Shown one piece after another: positions 24,239 through 36,954 of a stretch of DNA of 64,000 nucleotides. Position numbers and translations under genes: made by a program. How positions within the stretch are numbered: position 1 is the first letter of the stretch; the number at the start of each line of letters is the position of its first letter. Source of the DNA: Octopus sinensis (Eukaryota); NCBI RefSeq assembly GCF_006345805.1, contig NC_043004.1, forward strand, positions 81,220,001-81,284,000, written 5' to 3'. The notes below the pieces were generated by a model, which saw only the letters and a list, made by a program, of their open reading frames with translations, had not been told where the DNA came from and ran no database searches.

Positions 24239-24701
24239 TGTTTATGTTTTCCAGTTTCAGCTCTTGAGCTGTGGCCATGCTGGGGCACCGCCATTTAATC
24301 ATGTCTGGATTAACTATATATAAATACCCACGGTTTCGCATCCACAATGCCAAAGCCTTGTGAACAGCCTGTCAGACTATATAATTACAAAATTTAAAAT
24401 ATCTACGTCACTTCGTGAGGAAATACTCAGAACTCGAGGAATACGAAAAACCGTTAATGAGGACGGCTTATTTTCCCCTTAATCAGAGGGGGAAATAATC
24501 CTTTATAGACTCGGTGGCCCCCACTGCGTGGAATCTTCGGCAAGTGTCTTCTACTAAAGTCTCGGGACGACCAAAGCCTTGTGAATGGATATGGTAGACG
24601 GAAACTGTTTTGGTCGGCCCGAGGTTATAGTGGAAGACACTTATCCAAGAAGCAAGCACTTCACCACTGTCCTGCCTGCACCTATATATATATATATATA
24701 T

Positions 24702-24930
24702 AAGGCGAGCTGGCAGAAACGTTAGCACACCGGGCGAAATGCTTAGCGGTATTGCGTCTGTCGTTGCGTTCTGAGTTCAAATTCCGCCGAGGTCGACTTT
24801 GCATTTCATCCTTTTGGGGTCGATAAATTAAGTACCAGTTACGCACTGGAGTCGATGTAATCGACTTAATCCCTTTGTCTGTCCTTGTTTGTCCCCTCTA
24901 AGTTTAGCCCCTTGTGGGCAATAAAGAAAC
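24702..24930 (+). mobile_element. SINE family B with Tx1-like tail
   Basis: Head AAGGCGAGCTGGCAG; tail TTGTTTGTCCCCTCT..CCCCTTGTGGGCAATAAAGAAA. Confidence 0.9.
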
Positions 24931-25496
24931 ATATATATATATTTCTAATAGCCCAATCCTGCTTCCCCCTACCACTCTCTCCTCTTTCCACGTGACCGGT
25001 GTCCAGCCAAGCATGACCTTTTTTTCTTGACCTGACTGGCGACCACCAACACCTCTTATGTCCATCTCCAATGTTCCTGCTTTTAGGCTTTCACTTTATA
25101 CACGCCAACTCAATTTGATTCGTTTTCAATCGAAAGACACCTGTTGTTGCAATTCTTGTTGTTTGTATCTGTAATTGTGTAGCATGATCTCCGTTTTTTG
25201 TCTTATTCTGTACCATGTTCTCCGTTTTTTGTCTTTGTTGCCGTGCACATTCGCAAGCATTCTTACAAGAAAATCTAATGCTCTTAGCTTAGACTCTTTT
25301 GGGGGGCAACCAGATCGAACTGTCTGAAGTGTAACTGTCCGAAACAGTAAGGACTTCTGTTAATTTGACCGAGGAAAGAAGGCCACGAATGACCCATCTT
25401 TTTTTTTTGCCTGTCCTTCTAATTGCTGTTTCTTCAGTCCACCTTTGTCTCGTCTATCTGTCCGAATGTTTTATTGTCCTCTGTTGCGTTTTTGTT

Positions 25497-25540
<44 letters not shown>

Positions 25541-25586
25541 TATTATATATATGTATGTATATATATATATAATATATATATATATA

Positions 25587-25656
<70 letters not shown>

Positions 25657-25686
25657 CATGTATATTTATATATATACATATATACA

Positions 25687-26289
25687 CATATAAGGGAGAT
25701 GACCACTAAGTGGACATCCATTATGCTAGAAGTAGACCCCATATGGTCTGACCACTAAGAAAAGATTGTCCACATGAGATTGAACATATAGTTCTACCAT
25801 TCTACATTCGGAGTTATATTTCAAAAGTCTTCGTTTTGGCTCGCCAAAATGCCGGAAATAATTCTGCAGAAAATAATTCGCTGCAGTGAATTTTGCCGGT
25901 TAGAGAACAGAATAATTCTACAGAATTATTTCCGTTATTTTGGCGCAACAGAACGAAGACTTTTGAAATATAACCCCAAATGTAATTGGCAGAACTATAT
26001 GCATATTCAATCTCATGCGGACGCCCTGTGTATAGTTCTCCAATTTATACTTTGCTATGACGATCACACTGATGAATTGCGGATATTTACGTTAGTATTA
26101 CGTAAGTGGTAATAATGAAATCGGGTTTGTGATTAATCTTTATATTTTATATCTTTTCATTTTTCTTGCTCGCTTACGTTCTGGAGTTTGCTGAATTCTC
26201 TTGAGAACAATCTTTTCTTAGTGGTCAGACCGTATGGGGTCTACCTCTAGCATAATGGATGTCCAGTTAGTGGTCATTCCTTTTATATG
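25687..26289. mobile_element. Nested fold-back / long-TIR MITE
   Basis: Outer 83-bp arms at 25687-25769 and 26207-26289; inner palindrome ~25768-26022. Confidence 0.7.
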
Positions 26290-26411
26290 CATGTAATATA
26301 ATTTCTTTTAATCTTCAGAATTTTAGTATGCTAGGCCACTGGTTTTAAATTGATATAAATGAAATTAATATTCAAATTTTCACCCTTATTATTTAAATTT
26401 TATGCATGTAT

Positions 26412-26818
26412 GTATACTCTTTTTACTCTTTTACTTGTTTCAGTCATTTGACTGTGGCCATGCTGGAGCACCGCCTTTAATCGAGCAACTCGACCCCGGG
26501 ACTTATTCTTTTGTAAGCCCAGTACTTATTCTATCGGTCTCTTTTGCCGAACCACTAGGTATCGGAGACATAAACACACCAGCATCGGTTGTCAAGCAAT
26601 GCTAGGGGGACAAACACAGACACACAAACACACACGCATATATATACATACATATATATACGACGGGTTTCTTTCAGTTTCCCTCTACCAAATCCTCTCA
26701 CAAGGCTTTGGTCGGCCCAAGGCTATAGTAGAAGACAATTGCCTAAGTTGCCACGCAGTGGGACTGAACCCGGGACCATGTGGTTGGTAAACAAGCTACT
26801 TACCACACAGCCACTCCT
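26412..26818 (-). mobile_element. SINE family A, full length
   Basis: Reverse complement of complete head, body and tail. Confidence 0.9.
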
Positions 26819-27409
26819 ATATATATATAGGCGCTCTTACATGTATTTTCTGTTCCTTTCCTCCTCCTGCTCCCCAACCTCACCTTTATTTAGTATTTCT
26901 GTCTCTGTATGATTCCATTCCTTACCGACCAATTACCCTCTTTCCAACTTACTTCCACCTCCCAAATTCTCACCTCCAGCACCTTATAATGCCGATATAC
27001 ACGGTAGCTAGCTCCATTCCTGTTAGTATTTTGGTGCTTCAACAATTCTCGAGGTCAAGGTTCAAATGACCGGCTAATGCTAATCCATTTACGCTCCTCC
27101 TCCTCCTCCTCTTTCCCAATTTATTCTCCGCCTTCCCCCTTTTTTCCCTTTCCGAGACTGTGACCGTCATCTTTCAGCACATTCCTTTCCAACAGCCCCT
27201 CTATAACCTTGCACCTACGTGGTCAGCCGTCCTGCTAGAAAGAGCAGCTTGATCTTCCTCATCGCAGTTTTCACTGTGTGTGCGGTAAGGAAGCTTGTAG
27301 GTACAGGCATGCTCAGACAAAAGTTGATGTGGTCACGGCTAGAATGCCTTTGGTCACATTCTTTATTTGAACGGAGTTCATTTAAAGAGTGCAAAAATTA
27401 AAATTATAT

Positions 27410-27444
<35 letters not shown>

Positions 27445-27546
27445 TCACTACTGCTGATGCTACTGCTGCCGCTACCACCACCACCGGTACTACTACAACT
27501 ACAATTACTACTACTACTACCATCATTGCTACTACATCCACCATCG

Positions 27547-27591
<45 letters not shown>

Positions 27592-27783
27592 AGTTCACAG
27601 GGCCTACCGCATAGACCAACATTCATGTACCATTCCTTCAAATCGTCTCAACTTCCACTGGCCACCCGTGTCTGTGGCGCCCAGTGTCTGGGAACGTTTC
27701 TAACAGGTTAAGGAACCAAGAAAGATAGAAAGAAGAGAGAGAGGGACGAAGAAAATAAAGAAAGAAAGAAAGAGAGAGAGAAA

Positions 27784-27821
<38 letters not shown>

Positions 27822-27934
27822 GAGATGGAGAGAAAAAATAAATCGCATCTTTCTTTGGACATGTGTTCTATGTTAGGCTTCTGTTCCGGCCGATAATTGC
27901 TCTCACAGACACACGCATACATTGGCCCTTCATA

Positions 27935-29308
27935 TACTCATTTTACTCTTTTACTTGTTTCAGTCATTTGACTGCGGCCATGCTGGAGTACCGCCTTTTA
28001 ATCGAGCAAATCGACCCCAGGACTTATTCTTTGTAAGCCTAGTAATTATTCTATCGATTTCTTTTGCCGAACCGCTAAGTTACCTGGACGTAAACACACC
28101 AGCATCGGTTGTTAAGCAATGGTGGGGGGACAAACACAGACACACAAACATATACACACATACATATATATATACATATATATACGACGGGTTTCTTCCA
28201 GTTTCCGTTTACCAAATCCACTCACAAGGCTTTGGTCTGCCCGAGGCTATAGTAGAAGACACTTGCCGGATCTTTTCAATTGTGTGGCCAGGAGCCCAGA
28301 TCTTTCTACTTAACTAAATAATTTGAAACTTCGTATGCTGGTACAGTGTTTCAAAACAAGACACAGATTGGAACTAGTTTATTTGAGAAAAATCTATTTT
28401 ATGACTTTAATCGTAGATTAAAACTGCGAATTTTAACCAATGAGATTGCTTGTTTTCATATTTAATACGTTACTGCATTCTGTTAGTGTGACGTAGAAAG
28501 CAGTTTTGTGACATACACCGAGTAAAAATTTCATCGTTATTGTTTTGTTTACATGTTACTGAAGATGGAAATTTCCGAAGTCTCTCCCCCAACCCCCTTT
28601 CGCGAGCGCGCATTTTTTTTATGATAGTCGTTTAGAGCAAGTTGTTTTACACCTATACGCTGTTTTTGTTTTTGTTTTGTGCCCGGTTCAGACGCTTTCG
28701 GAAATTCCCGATATAAATTTTCCGAGGCCTCTCCCCCACCCCTCTTTCGGGAGAGCGCATTTTTTTGTCATATTCGTTTAGAGCAAGTTGTTTTACACAT
28801 ATTACACTATTTTTTTTTTGTTTTGGTGCCCGGTCAGCCCCTCAGACGCTTTCGGAACTTCCCGATGTGAATTCCGAGGCCTCTCCCCCACCCCCTTTCG
28901 CATGCGCGAATTTTTTTTTCATATTCGTTCATAGGAAGTTGTTTTACACCTATTACACACATTTTTTTTTGATTTTCTGATATGCGTAACGCTTTATATT
29001 AACCCATTTGTTTACATACCATATGTTTACTACGTCACCAATTGGTGGTCGAGACGGAGTAAATAATATGAAGCCGAAAGACGGAATACCATTGGTTAAA
29101 ATTCTAATTATTAAACAATGTTAAACTTAGAAGTTACAATTCCGTTTTCATTCTGGTTTACAATTAAGTTTACTTTTGACACATTCTACCAGTATACGAA
29201 GTTTCAAATTGTTTGGTTCAGTAGGAAAAATTTGGAAAAACTGGCTTCACAAATGAAAAGATCCCACTTGCCCAAGGTGCCACGCAGTGGGAATGAACCC
29301 GGAACCAT
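27935..29308 (-). mobile_element. SINE family A split by a TIR element
   Basis: The SINE sequence resumes exactly after the insert at CACTTGCC|CAAGGTGCC. Confidence 0.85.
28268..29264. mobile_element. 997-bp GG-ended non-autonomous DNA transposon with 8-bp TSD (Merlin-like)
   Basis: TIR GGATCTTTTCAATTGTG / CACAAATGAAAAGATCC; TSD CACTTGCC at 28260-28267 and 29265-29272; three internal ~146-152-bp tandem units (~28574, 28720, 28872). Confidence 0.85.
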
Positions 29309-29619
29309 GTGGTTGATAAGCAATCCACTTACCACACAGCTACTCCTGTATGTGTATGTATGTATGTATACATACACACACATATATAAGAGTGCGTGTG
29401 TGTGAGTATGTGTGTTTGTCTATACATATATCTACATATACATGCACACACACATACATGCCCATATGCATGAATATTAATGAATTGTTGGAACATGGGA
29501 TTTCGTTATGCAATCATAATATACCATAAAGCATATCAAACGTTTTTATGAGTCAATTCCATTTTCTACTGTGTTAGCAGTGCTACTACATCACTTGCGT
29601 AACTTTATTTCTTCAGATA

Positions 29620-30189
29620 TTGGCTTGTCCGGAAAGTTCGTGCCGATTTTTAAAGGAAAGAAAAAGGTCAATAAATACATGCCATTACATTTTTAATTAA
29701 CTAAATATGAACCATTTTGTTGCACAATGCGTCTCCATCTTTCCTTTAACTTGAAGATACCCTCATCCCAGAATTAAGGTGGTTTCATGGCAAAGAATTC
29801 ATCAAGGTATCTTGTTACGTCATCCAAGGAATTGAAATTTTTACCATTAAGATTATTCTGCAGAGACCTGAATAAGGGGAAATCCGAAGGAGTAATATCT
29901 GGTGAATATGGAGGGTGGGGTGACACACCCCAGGCGAGCTGCAGCAATTTTTGTCTGGTTCCCAAATCATCAAGTGCCGAAAATGAACTTTCTTATCTTC
30001 CATTTTAAAGGGTTACAGAATTAACACAGGTTGTAAGTAGGAACACAAACCCTCTTCCACGAAAAGATAGCTTAAACTGTGCTCTTAATGGAAGTGTAGT
30101 CATATCCTATTTTATGGACACAACCGTGTTCTAAAATAAGTCGAAATGTAAGCTACTACGAATCGGCACGAACTCTCCGGACAACCCAA
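29620..30189 (-). mobile_element. Internally deleted mariner element
   Basis: 29-bp TIRs with 2 mismatches and TA on both sides. N-terminus MEDKKVHFRHLM is fused to C-terminus ..HPPYSPDITPSDFPLFRSLQNNL.. Confidence 0.92.
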
Positions 30190-30607
30190 TATTTTATGCA
30201 AATTATAGCCAGCACTGATTGTTTTTTGTTACGACGTTTCGTATCCAAGACAACAGATGTAAACAAACAATGACATGAAGGAGTAAAACACCTGAAATAT
30301 GGCATATACGACCATATACGACCATTAACCACACAGCTAAATGTCCTGCGTTGTTTTGACCATCAACTATTTAAAAACAAACAAAATTAATGAGACCAAA
30401 ATTCGGCGCCTCCAAATAATGTTTCCTTGCAGACGACGCATTCATCCAAGTTTCTGCCTGTGTGCTAATCTCATCTTCTTGTTTTGTTTTTTTTTCTTTC
30501 TTTTTATTCTCTCGCCTTCTTAAAATATAATTCTGTATCTGTTTATTTATACATTTATATTTCTATTTTCTAGCTTACCCCTCCACACCACCTCTATCTA
30601 TCTATCT

Positions 30608-30988
30608 GGAGGCGCAATGGCCCAGTGGTTAGGGCAGCGGACTCGCGGTCGTAGGATCGCGATTTCGATTCCCAGACAGGGCGTTGTGAGTGTTTATTGA
30701 GCGAAAACACCTAAAGCTCCACGAGGCTCCGGCAGGGGATGGTGGTGATCCCTACTGTACTCTTTCACCACAACTTTCCCTCACTCTTACTTCCTGTTTC
30801 TGTTGTACCTGTATTTCAAAGGGCCAGCCTTGTCACTCTCTGTGTCACGCTGAATATCCCCGAGAACTACGTTAAGGGTACACGTGTCTGTGGAGTGCTC
30901 AGCCACATGCACGTTAATTTCACGAGCAGGCTGTTCCGTTGATCGGATCAACCGGAACCCTCGTCGTCGTAACCGACGGAGTGCTTCC
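30608..30988 (+). mobile_element. tRNA-derived SINE, family C, inserted in (ATCT)n
   Basis: A box TGGCCCAGTGG, B box TTTCGATTCC; TCTATCTATCT upstream and a long (ATCT)n downstream. Confidence 0.85.
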
Positions 30989-31100
<112 letters not shown>

Positions 31101-31495
31101 GTGTGTCTGCCTGTCAATCTCTCAGTCAACTCTCTCTCTCTCTCTGGCTCGCTCTTTATATACATGAATATCCATCTATCATTCCATCACTGTATCTTTT
31201 AATCTATGCATGCATTTATCTATATATTTTTGAATTTACCTCCTAACCAACCAACACACCAAGGAAGTAAGCAAGCAAGCAAGCAAGCAAGCAACCAACC
31301 AACCAACCATTCAGCTAACACATATATGTATCTATCTTCAAGTCTTTCTCTCCGGCTTTCGACCGTCTCGGCCACTTGTTAACGTTCCAGCCAGTTTCTC
31401 AACATGTCACGAAACCAACTCATACCATTTTTGGAGTTGTTCTCTATTATTTATTTATCATTGTTGTTGTTGTAACAGTGGCAGTTGACAGCATC

Positions 31496-31563
<68 letters not shown>

Positions 31564-34104
31564 TTAGACAAATCTCTTTGCGGAATTTAGTTGGGAATGA
31601 AATAGTTTACGTCATTGACCCGAGTTTATGGAAGGAAATAAATTACCAAATTTACGGCATAGTTGAATTCAATCGAAAACCACATCGTGACAAAGATCAC
31701 ATCTTTAACACAGAAACAAGATGCGATCTGATCGAGATTTGGCTGCTATCTTTAGCAAGATAAATGAGAGTGTAGTGCTTCCCTTACTATGTATGAATAT
31801 TTGTATACAGATGTTTAGTGGATGGGTCGACGATGATGGGTCGAAATTCCACAAAGAGATTTGTCTAACTCTCTCTCTCTCTCTAGCTGGGCCGTTTCTT
31901 GCTTAATATTTGGTCTTCCTCAAGTTTAGCTTCGAGTTACCACGAAGTGGAACCCAAGCCAGGACCACCACGTTGATTCGAAACAAACTCTGGTGTGTTT
32001 TGACAGGGATTTGGCTGTCATTTTTAGCTGGGTGAATAATAGCTATGAAGTTAATTTTATTAACTCGTTCATCACTTGCTAAATAAAATGTGTTTGGGTT
32101 TCCCTAGTTTTCAATTCAAACATCGTAACGAAAGTGCCCGGCATTCTACATTTAAGCTCATATGCTGACATATGCAATGAACTGACTACTGAGTGACAAG
32201 GGAAGAAAATAAAGAATCCTGTGTAAGAAATGGTAGGGGAGGAATATATATTGTCCCCGAGGAACTATAAAGAGACTAGCTATGTGCCAAGGCGCCGGGC
32301 CTATCGTTATTTACGACGGCTGCGATGCATCATGGCTGTTGCCATGATGGGACGATGCTGTCGACATCATGGCGATAGTTATGATGCCACTGGTACTGCT
32401 GAAGATGACGGATAGATTTTCACATTTCCTCCACTTATCATCGTCGACCCATCCACTAAAAATCTGTATACAAATATTCACACTCTTGTTTACAAAATAT
32501 CGACCAAACCAGGCAGAAACACGACCTCAACTTCGCTTCTTCCACCGCCAAATATCGCCATGTCAAATAACCACCACCACCTTCGGTACTATCATTTCCC
32601 TCAACCCACAACCATGACCTTGAAAGTACCTCCCCACTCTTTCTCTTCTCTTCATTTTGTTTGTTTTTTTCTTTCTATTTCTGTCTCTGTCACTATTTTG
32701 AGAATGAATCTTCGTTCTTTCTCGCTGGTCGTTCGTTAGACCGCCATGTTGACACAAGCAGACGACAAGTCATTGAGATGACTGTTGACATGTTACAGTC
32801 GTCGTTAAGAGCCATTCAGTCTCCCAAACTTCTCCACCACCACCACCACATCATCACCGCCACCACCACCTTATCATATACCCCATTCCTATTCCTTACC
32901 GTTCATCACTCTTTGTCTCTCATTTTCTCTTTATATTTCTTGAAAAATACACACGCAAATACACACACACAACGCACACACGCATGTCGTTCAATAATAC
33001 AATAATATAAATAATATATATATATATGCATGTATACATACATATATGTACATACTTACATATATATGTATATACACAATCATATATGGGTACGTAAACA
33101 TCATGAAATACGAAATACGAAAACATTTAATACGAACTTTTTTTGCGAATGGAAAACAAGACAAGAAACATAAAGAACGACCCTTCATTAGTTGTCGGCT
33201 GTTTTATCTACTCCATATTTCGAGATGTGTATATATCTTTGTGTCTGTGTTTGTTCCCCCCCCCCCCATCACTTGACATCTGATTCTGGTGTCTTTACGT
33301 CCCCGTAACCTATAGCAGGTCGGCAAAAAGAGTCCAATAGAATAAGTACTAGGCTTACATAGAATAAGTCCTGGGGGTCGATTTGTTCGACTAAAGGCGG
33401 TGCTCCAGCATGGCCGCAGTCAAATAGCCGAAACGAATAAAAGAAAAAAAGTCCAATAAAAACCAATAAAAGAAGAAAAAAAAACATAGATGGTGAAACT
33501 TGCCTCAGTCTGTCAGGTGATAGGCGTTTCACATTCAGCCTGATTGTTCCAAATTTATTCTTGTCTTTGCATGTGCGCGCCTATGAGGTTTCACACGACT
33601 CATTTCACCATCATCAGACTCTAAAATACAAAACAGACCAAGGAGTGAAATGATAATGCGACATATGTATGGTCTTGCGTTTAAGTGACAAAAGTTTGCA
33701 CAACACTTTAGCCACTCTCTTTGGTCACCAAGATGGGTTCCAGACTCAGGATACTGCAAGATTGCTGGTACAGTTTTCACTGCAACTCTTATGTCAGAGT
33801 GTCTTTCTTCTTAAAGAGCTGCATTCCCCATGGCTTTGTCAAAAGTAACGGGAGGTTCATCTACTCTTAGGAAATATGTTTAACCCATAGACGAGGTCCT
33901 GATACGCGACTGTTAGCGGTCAGAATGGAGCTCGGAGTAATGACAAGAGGTGACGACTCCTCACTTCCCACAGCTCCAGAACTCTCGCACTGGAGGGTCA
34001 CCACTGGACGCATGGTGCAGTTCTAATGCCACACCCATGACAATGCATAAGTACATACATACATACATACATACATACATACATACATACATACATACGT
34101 ATAT

Positions 34105-34450
34105 ATATCCAGATTACAAGTTAAGGTTTATACCTGTAATTATTGGGGTCCTGGGATATGTAACACACTGCCTAAATACCAATCTTGAGAAATTAAGTTT
34201 CTCAAAACTAGAAAGGAGAAAGCTAATTCGAAGACTACAGATCCAAGCCATTACCGGAACTGTAAAAATCTGTAAAACTTTCCAGAAGTTTATCAATCAA
34301 ATATACATGAGCATGTCTAGATATGTAACTATATGCATGAGAATAAAGCAATATATACAAATTTTCACATATTCGTCTAAGTTAGAAACCGGCTCTTTCT
34401 CTATTGGCAAGAAATCTTGAACTAAAACTGAATAATGACGTACAAACATA
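34105..34450 (+). mobile_element. 3' fragment of an RLE-type LINE between (TACA)n tracts
   Basis: Translates to YPDYKLRFIPVIIGVLGYVTHCLNTNLEKL..LQIQAITGTVKICKTF, the RLE C-terminal PVIIGxLG pattern. Confidence 0.65.
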
Positions 34451-34983
34451 CGTACATGCATACAGTCATACATACACACATACATACATACGTACATCCA
34501 TCCATCCATCCATCCATCCATCCATACATACATCCATACACACACACATACATACATACATACATACATACATACATACATACATACTTACATACATACA
34601 TACAAGCATACATATACAACTGACTTTTATTTAGTTGCCGTCTATCAATTCAACTCACAAGCGCTTACTAGATTTTGGTCTGCCCGGGGCCATTGTAGAA
34701 CTCATTTGCCCCGCAATGGGACTGAACTTAAGATCATATGGTTAGACTGCAAACGTTTTACCCCGTCCTCCCACACTCATATCTACACTCACGCATTCCC
34801 CATTTATATATATATACGAAACAATTGTACCGATATTTTAAACCATTCTTGTTGCTTTTTTCCTATTTGTAATCACCCCACTTGTCGTATGGTTAACACC
34901 ATATAGATTTCCGGTGCATCCTAGTTAAGGACCATATTCATGTGAATTTATTAGAATTCACTTGAATCTCAATTACTTAAACC

Positions 34984-35020
<37 letters not shown>

Positions 35021-35779
35021 CAAAACAGAAAATGAAACAAGAACGTAACAGATGACAACAAAACATCCGGACAGTTTGACGATACCATAAACGACAGGAA
35101 AAAACAATGACGGGTCTTTCGGAACTTCCTATCCTCAGTCGAGTTCCCGATCGTCTTTACAGTTTCGGCCGGTTACACTCGAGACTGCTCCAATATGGCC
35201 GGCCACAAGAAAATCTAAGCTAAGAGCACTAGACTCCTTGGACGAAGGCAAGTGAATGTATACGAAAACAAGGATGAAAAAAAAGCAAACAAACGGAGAA
35301 ATGGTACGCAATTACAGTGCAGTGCTGTCCCGTTCGGGAGTTTGTATAACTCTGAATGGTACATAAATATAACATTTAAACTGCAGAAAATCAAGCCCTT
35401 CCTTCTTCGATAAATGATGTACAATACTTAACAGATAAAGAGATTTTATTTTCAAAGAAAATACGATATAATTTTATTGTATTCGCAACTCACCAGTATG
35501 CAGTGGCGCGCTGTTTGAATGCTGTTGCGATCGGGTGTGATTCGAGGCAGGTTTGGTTGTTATTTCTAGCATGTTGTGCGATCACGTACAGAGCTTTGCA
35601 TTGATTCCAGACACTTCCTTGGTGGAAGAGCCTGTAGAGGCCACGTTGGTGGATATAACGGTGTCTCAATGCGAGCCGAGAGGGTCACAGCTGGAATGCC
35701 GCCTTTGATCATAAAGTCTGCTCGATCGGAGCTGACTTAATGAGATAGTGGGGCGGCGGTGGGGTTGAGCGTTCAGATA

Positions 35780-36023
35780 ACAACAACAACAACAACGCTA
35801 AAAAAACTCCTTCTACTTATTACACCTCCTGGCACCACCACCACTACAACTACCACCAAAACCGTCACAACAACAACAACAACTACTACTATTACTAATA
35901 CCACCATTACCATCACCATCAGCACCAACACCAGCACCATCACAACAACTACTACTACTACTACAACTACTACCACACACCGCTACTACTACTACTACTA
36001 CTACTACTACTATACTACTACTT

Positions 36024-36057
<34 letters not shown>

Positions 36058-36482
36058 CATTACCATCACCACCACCACCACCACCAGCACCATCACAACT
36101 ACTACTACTACCACCACCACCACCATTACCATCACCACCACTACCACCAGCACCATCACAACTACTACTACTACTACAACCACCACCACCACCACTACTA
36201 CTACTAGTACCACCATCACCACCTTACCACCACCACCATCACCACCACCGCCGCTACTACTACTACTACTACTACAACTACTACTACTACTCCCACTACC
36301 ATTACCATCACCATCACCACCACCACCAGCACCATCACAACTACTACTTCTACTACCACCACCACCACCATTACCATCACCACCACCACCACCAGCACCA
36401 TCACAACTACTACTACTACTAACACCACCACCACCACCATCACCACCACCGCCGCCACTACTACTACTACTACTATTACTAA

Positions 36483-36524
<42 letters not shown>

Positions 36525-36560
36525 CACCACTACTACTGCCACTGCTGCTGCAGCTGTTGT
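35780..36560. repeat. ACT/ACC triplet low-complexity tract with higher-order repeats
   Basis: Mixed (ACT)n/(ACC)n; explains the 298-aa ORF call. Confidence 0.9.
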
Positions 36561-36920
36561 TGCTGCTGTGTTACTTGCTGACAGCTGTTGTACTTAGTGG
36601 AAGGCGAAGAAGCAAAAATATGTCAATGCGTAAAGTCTGTTGCATCGATGTTTGATTGTTGGTCTTGTTGTTGCCATTGACGTTGTCGATGTTGTTAGTG
36701 TATTTGCTGTTGTTGTTGGTGGTGATGGTGATGGGGATGGTGGTGATGGTGCTGTTGTTGTTGGTGTTGGTGTTGGTGTTGGTGTTGTTTGCTGGCGGAG
36801 CTTCCATTGACAGATGTCAACTTACGTAAACACAACGAAAACATTTGTGGACTGAGTCTACCGGAAACTGGTGGCGCCACCGACCAGACTTACTCAGCAG
36901 ATTATTTCTGCTGTTTATTT

Positions 36921-36954
<34 letters not shown>

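Noticed and set aside
30608-30680. tRNA gene
   Set aside because: A and B boxes are present, but it continues into a 380-bp SINE body and has no complete cloverleaf.
35109-35140. CUGAGGA..GAAAG motif in a repeat also seen at ~25200-25400
   Set aside because: Stem II loop is too short, and stems I and III do not pair convincingly in either copy.
35759-36655. 298-aa ORF and the many other poly-T/V/I/Y/H ORFs in the track
   Set aside because: They are translations of di- and trinucleotide microsatellites; there is no complex sequence or splice structure.
36695-36880. His/Gln-rich ORF resembling a transcription-factor exon
   Set aside because: No acceptor with a pyrimidine tract and no recognisable domain; mostly triplet repeat.
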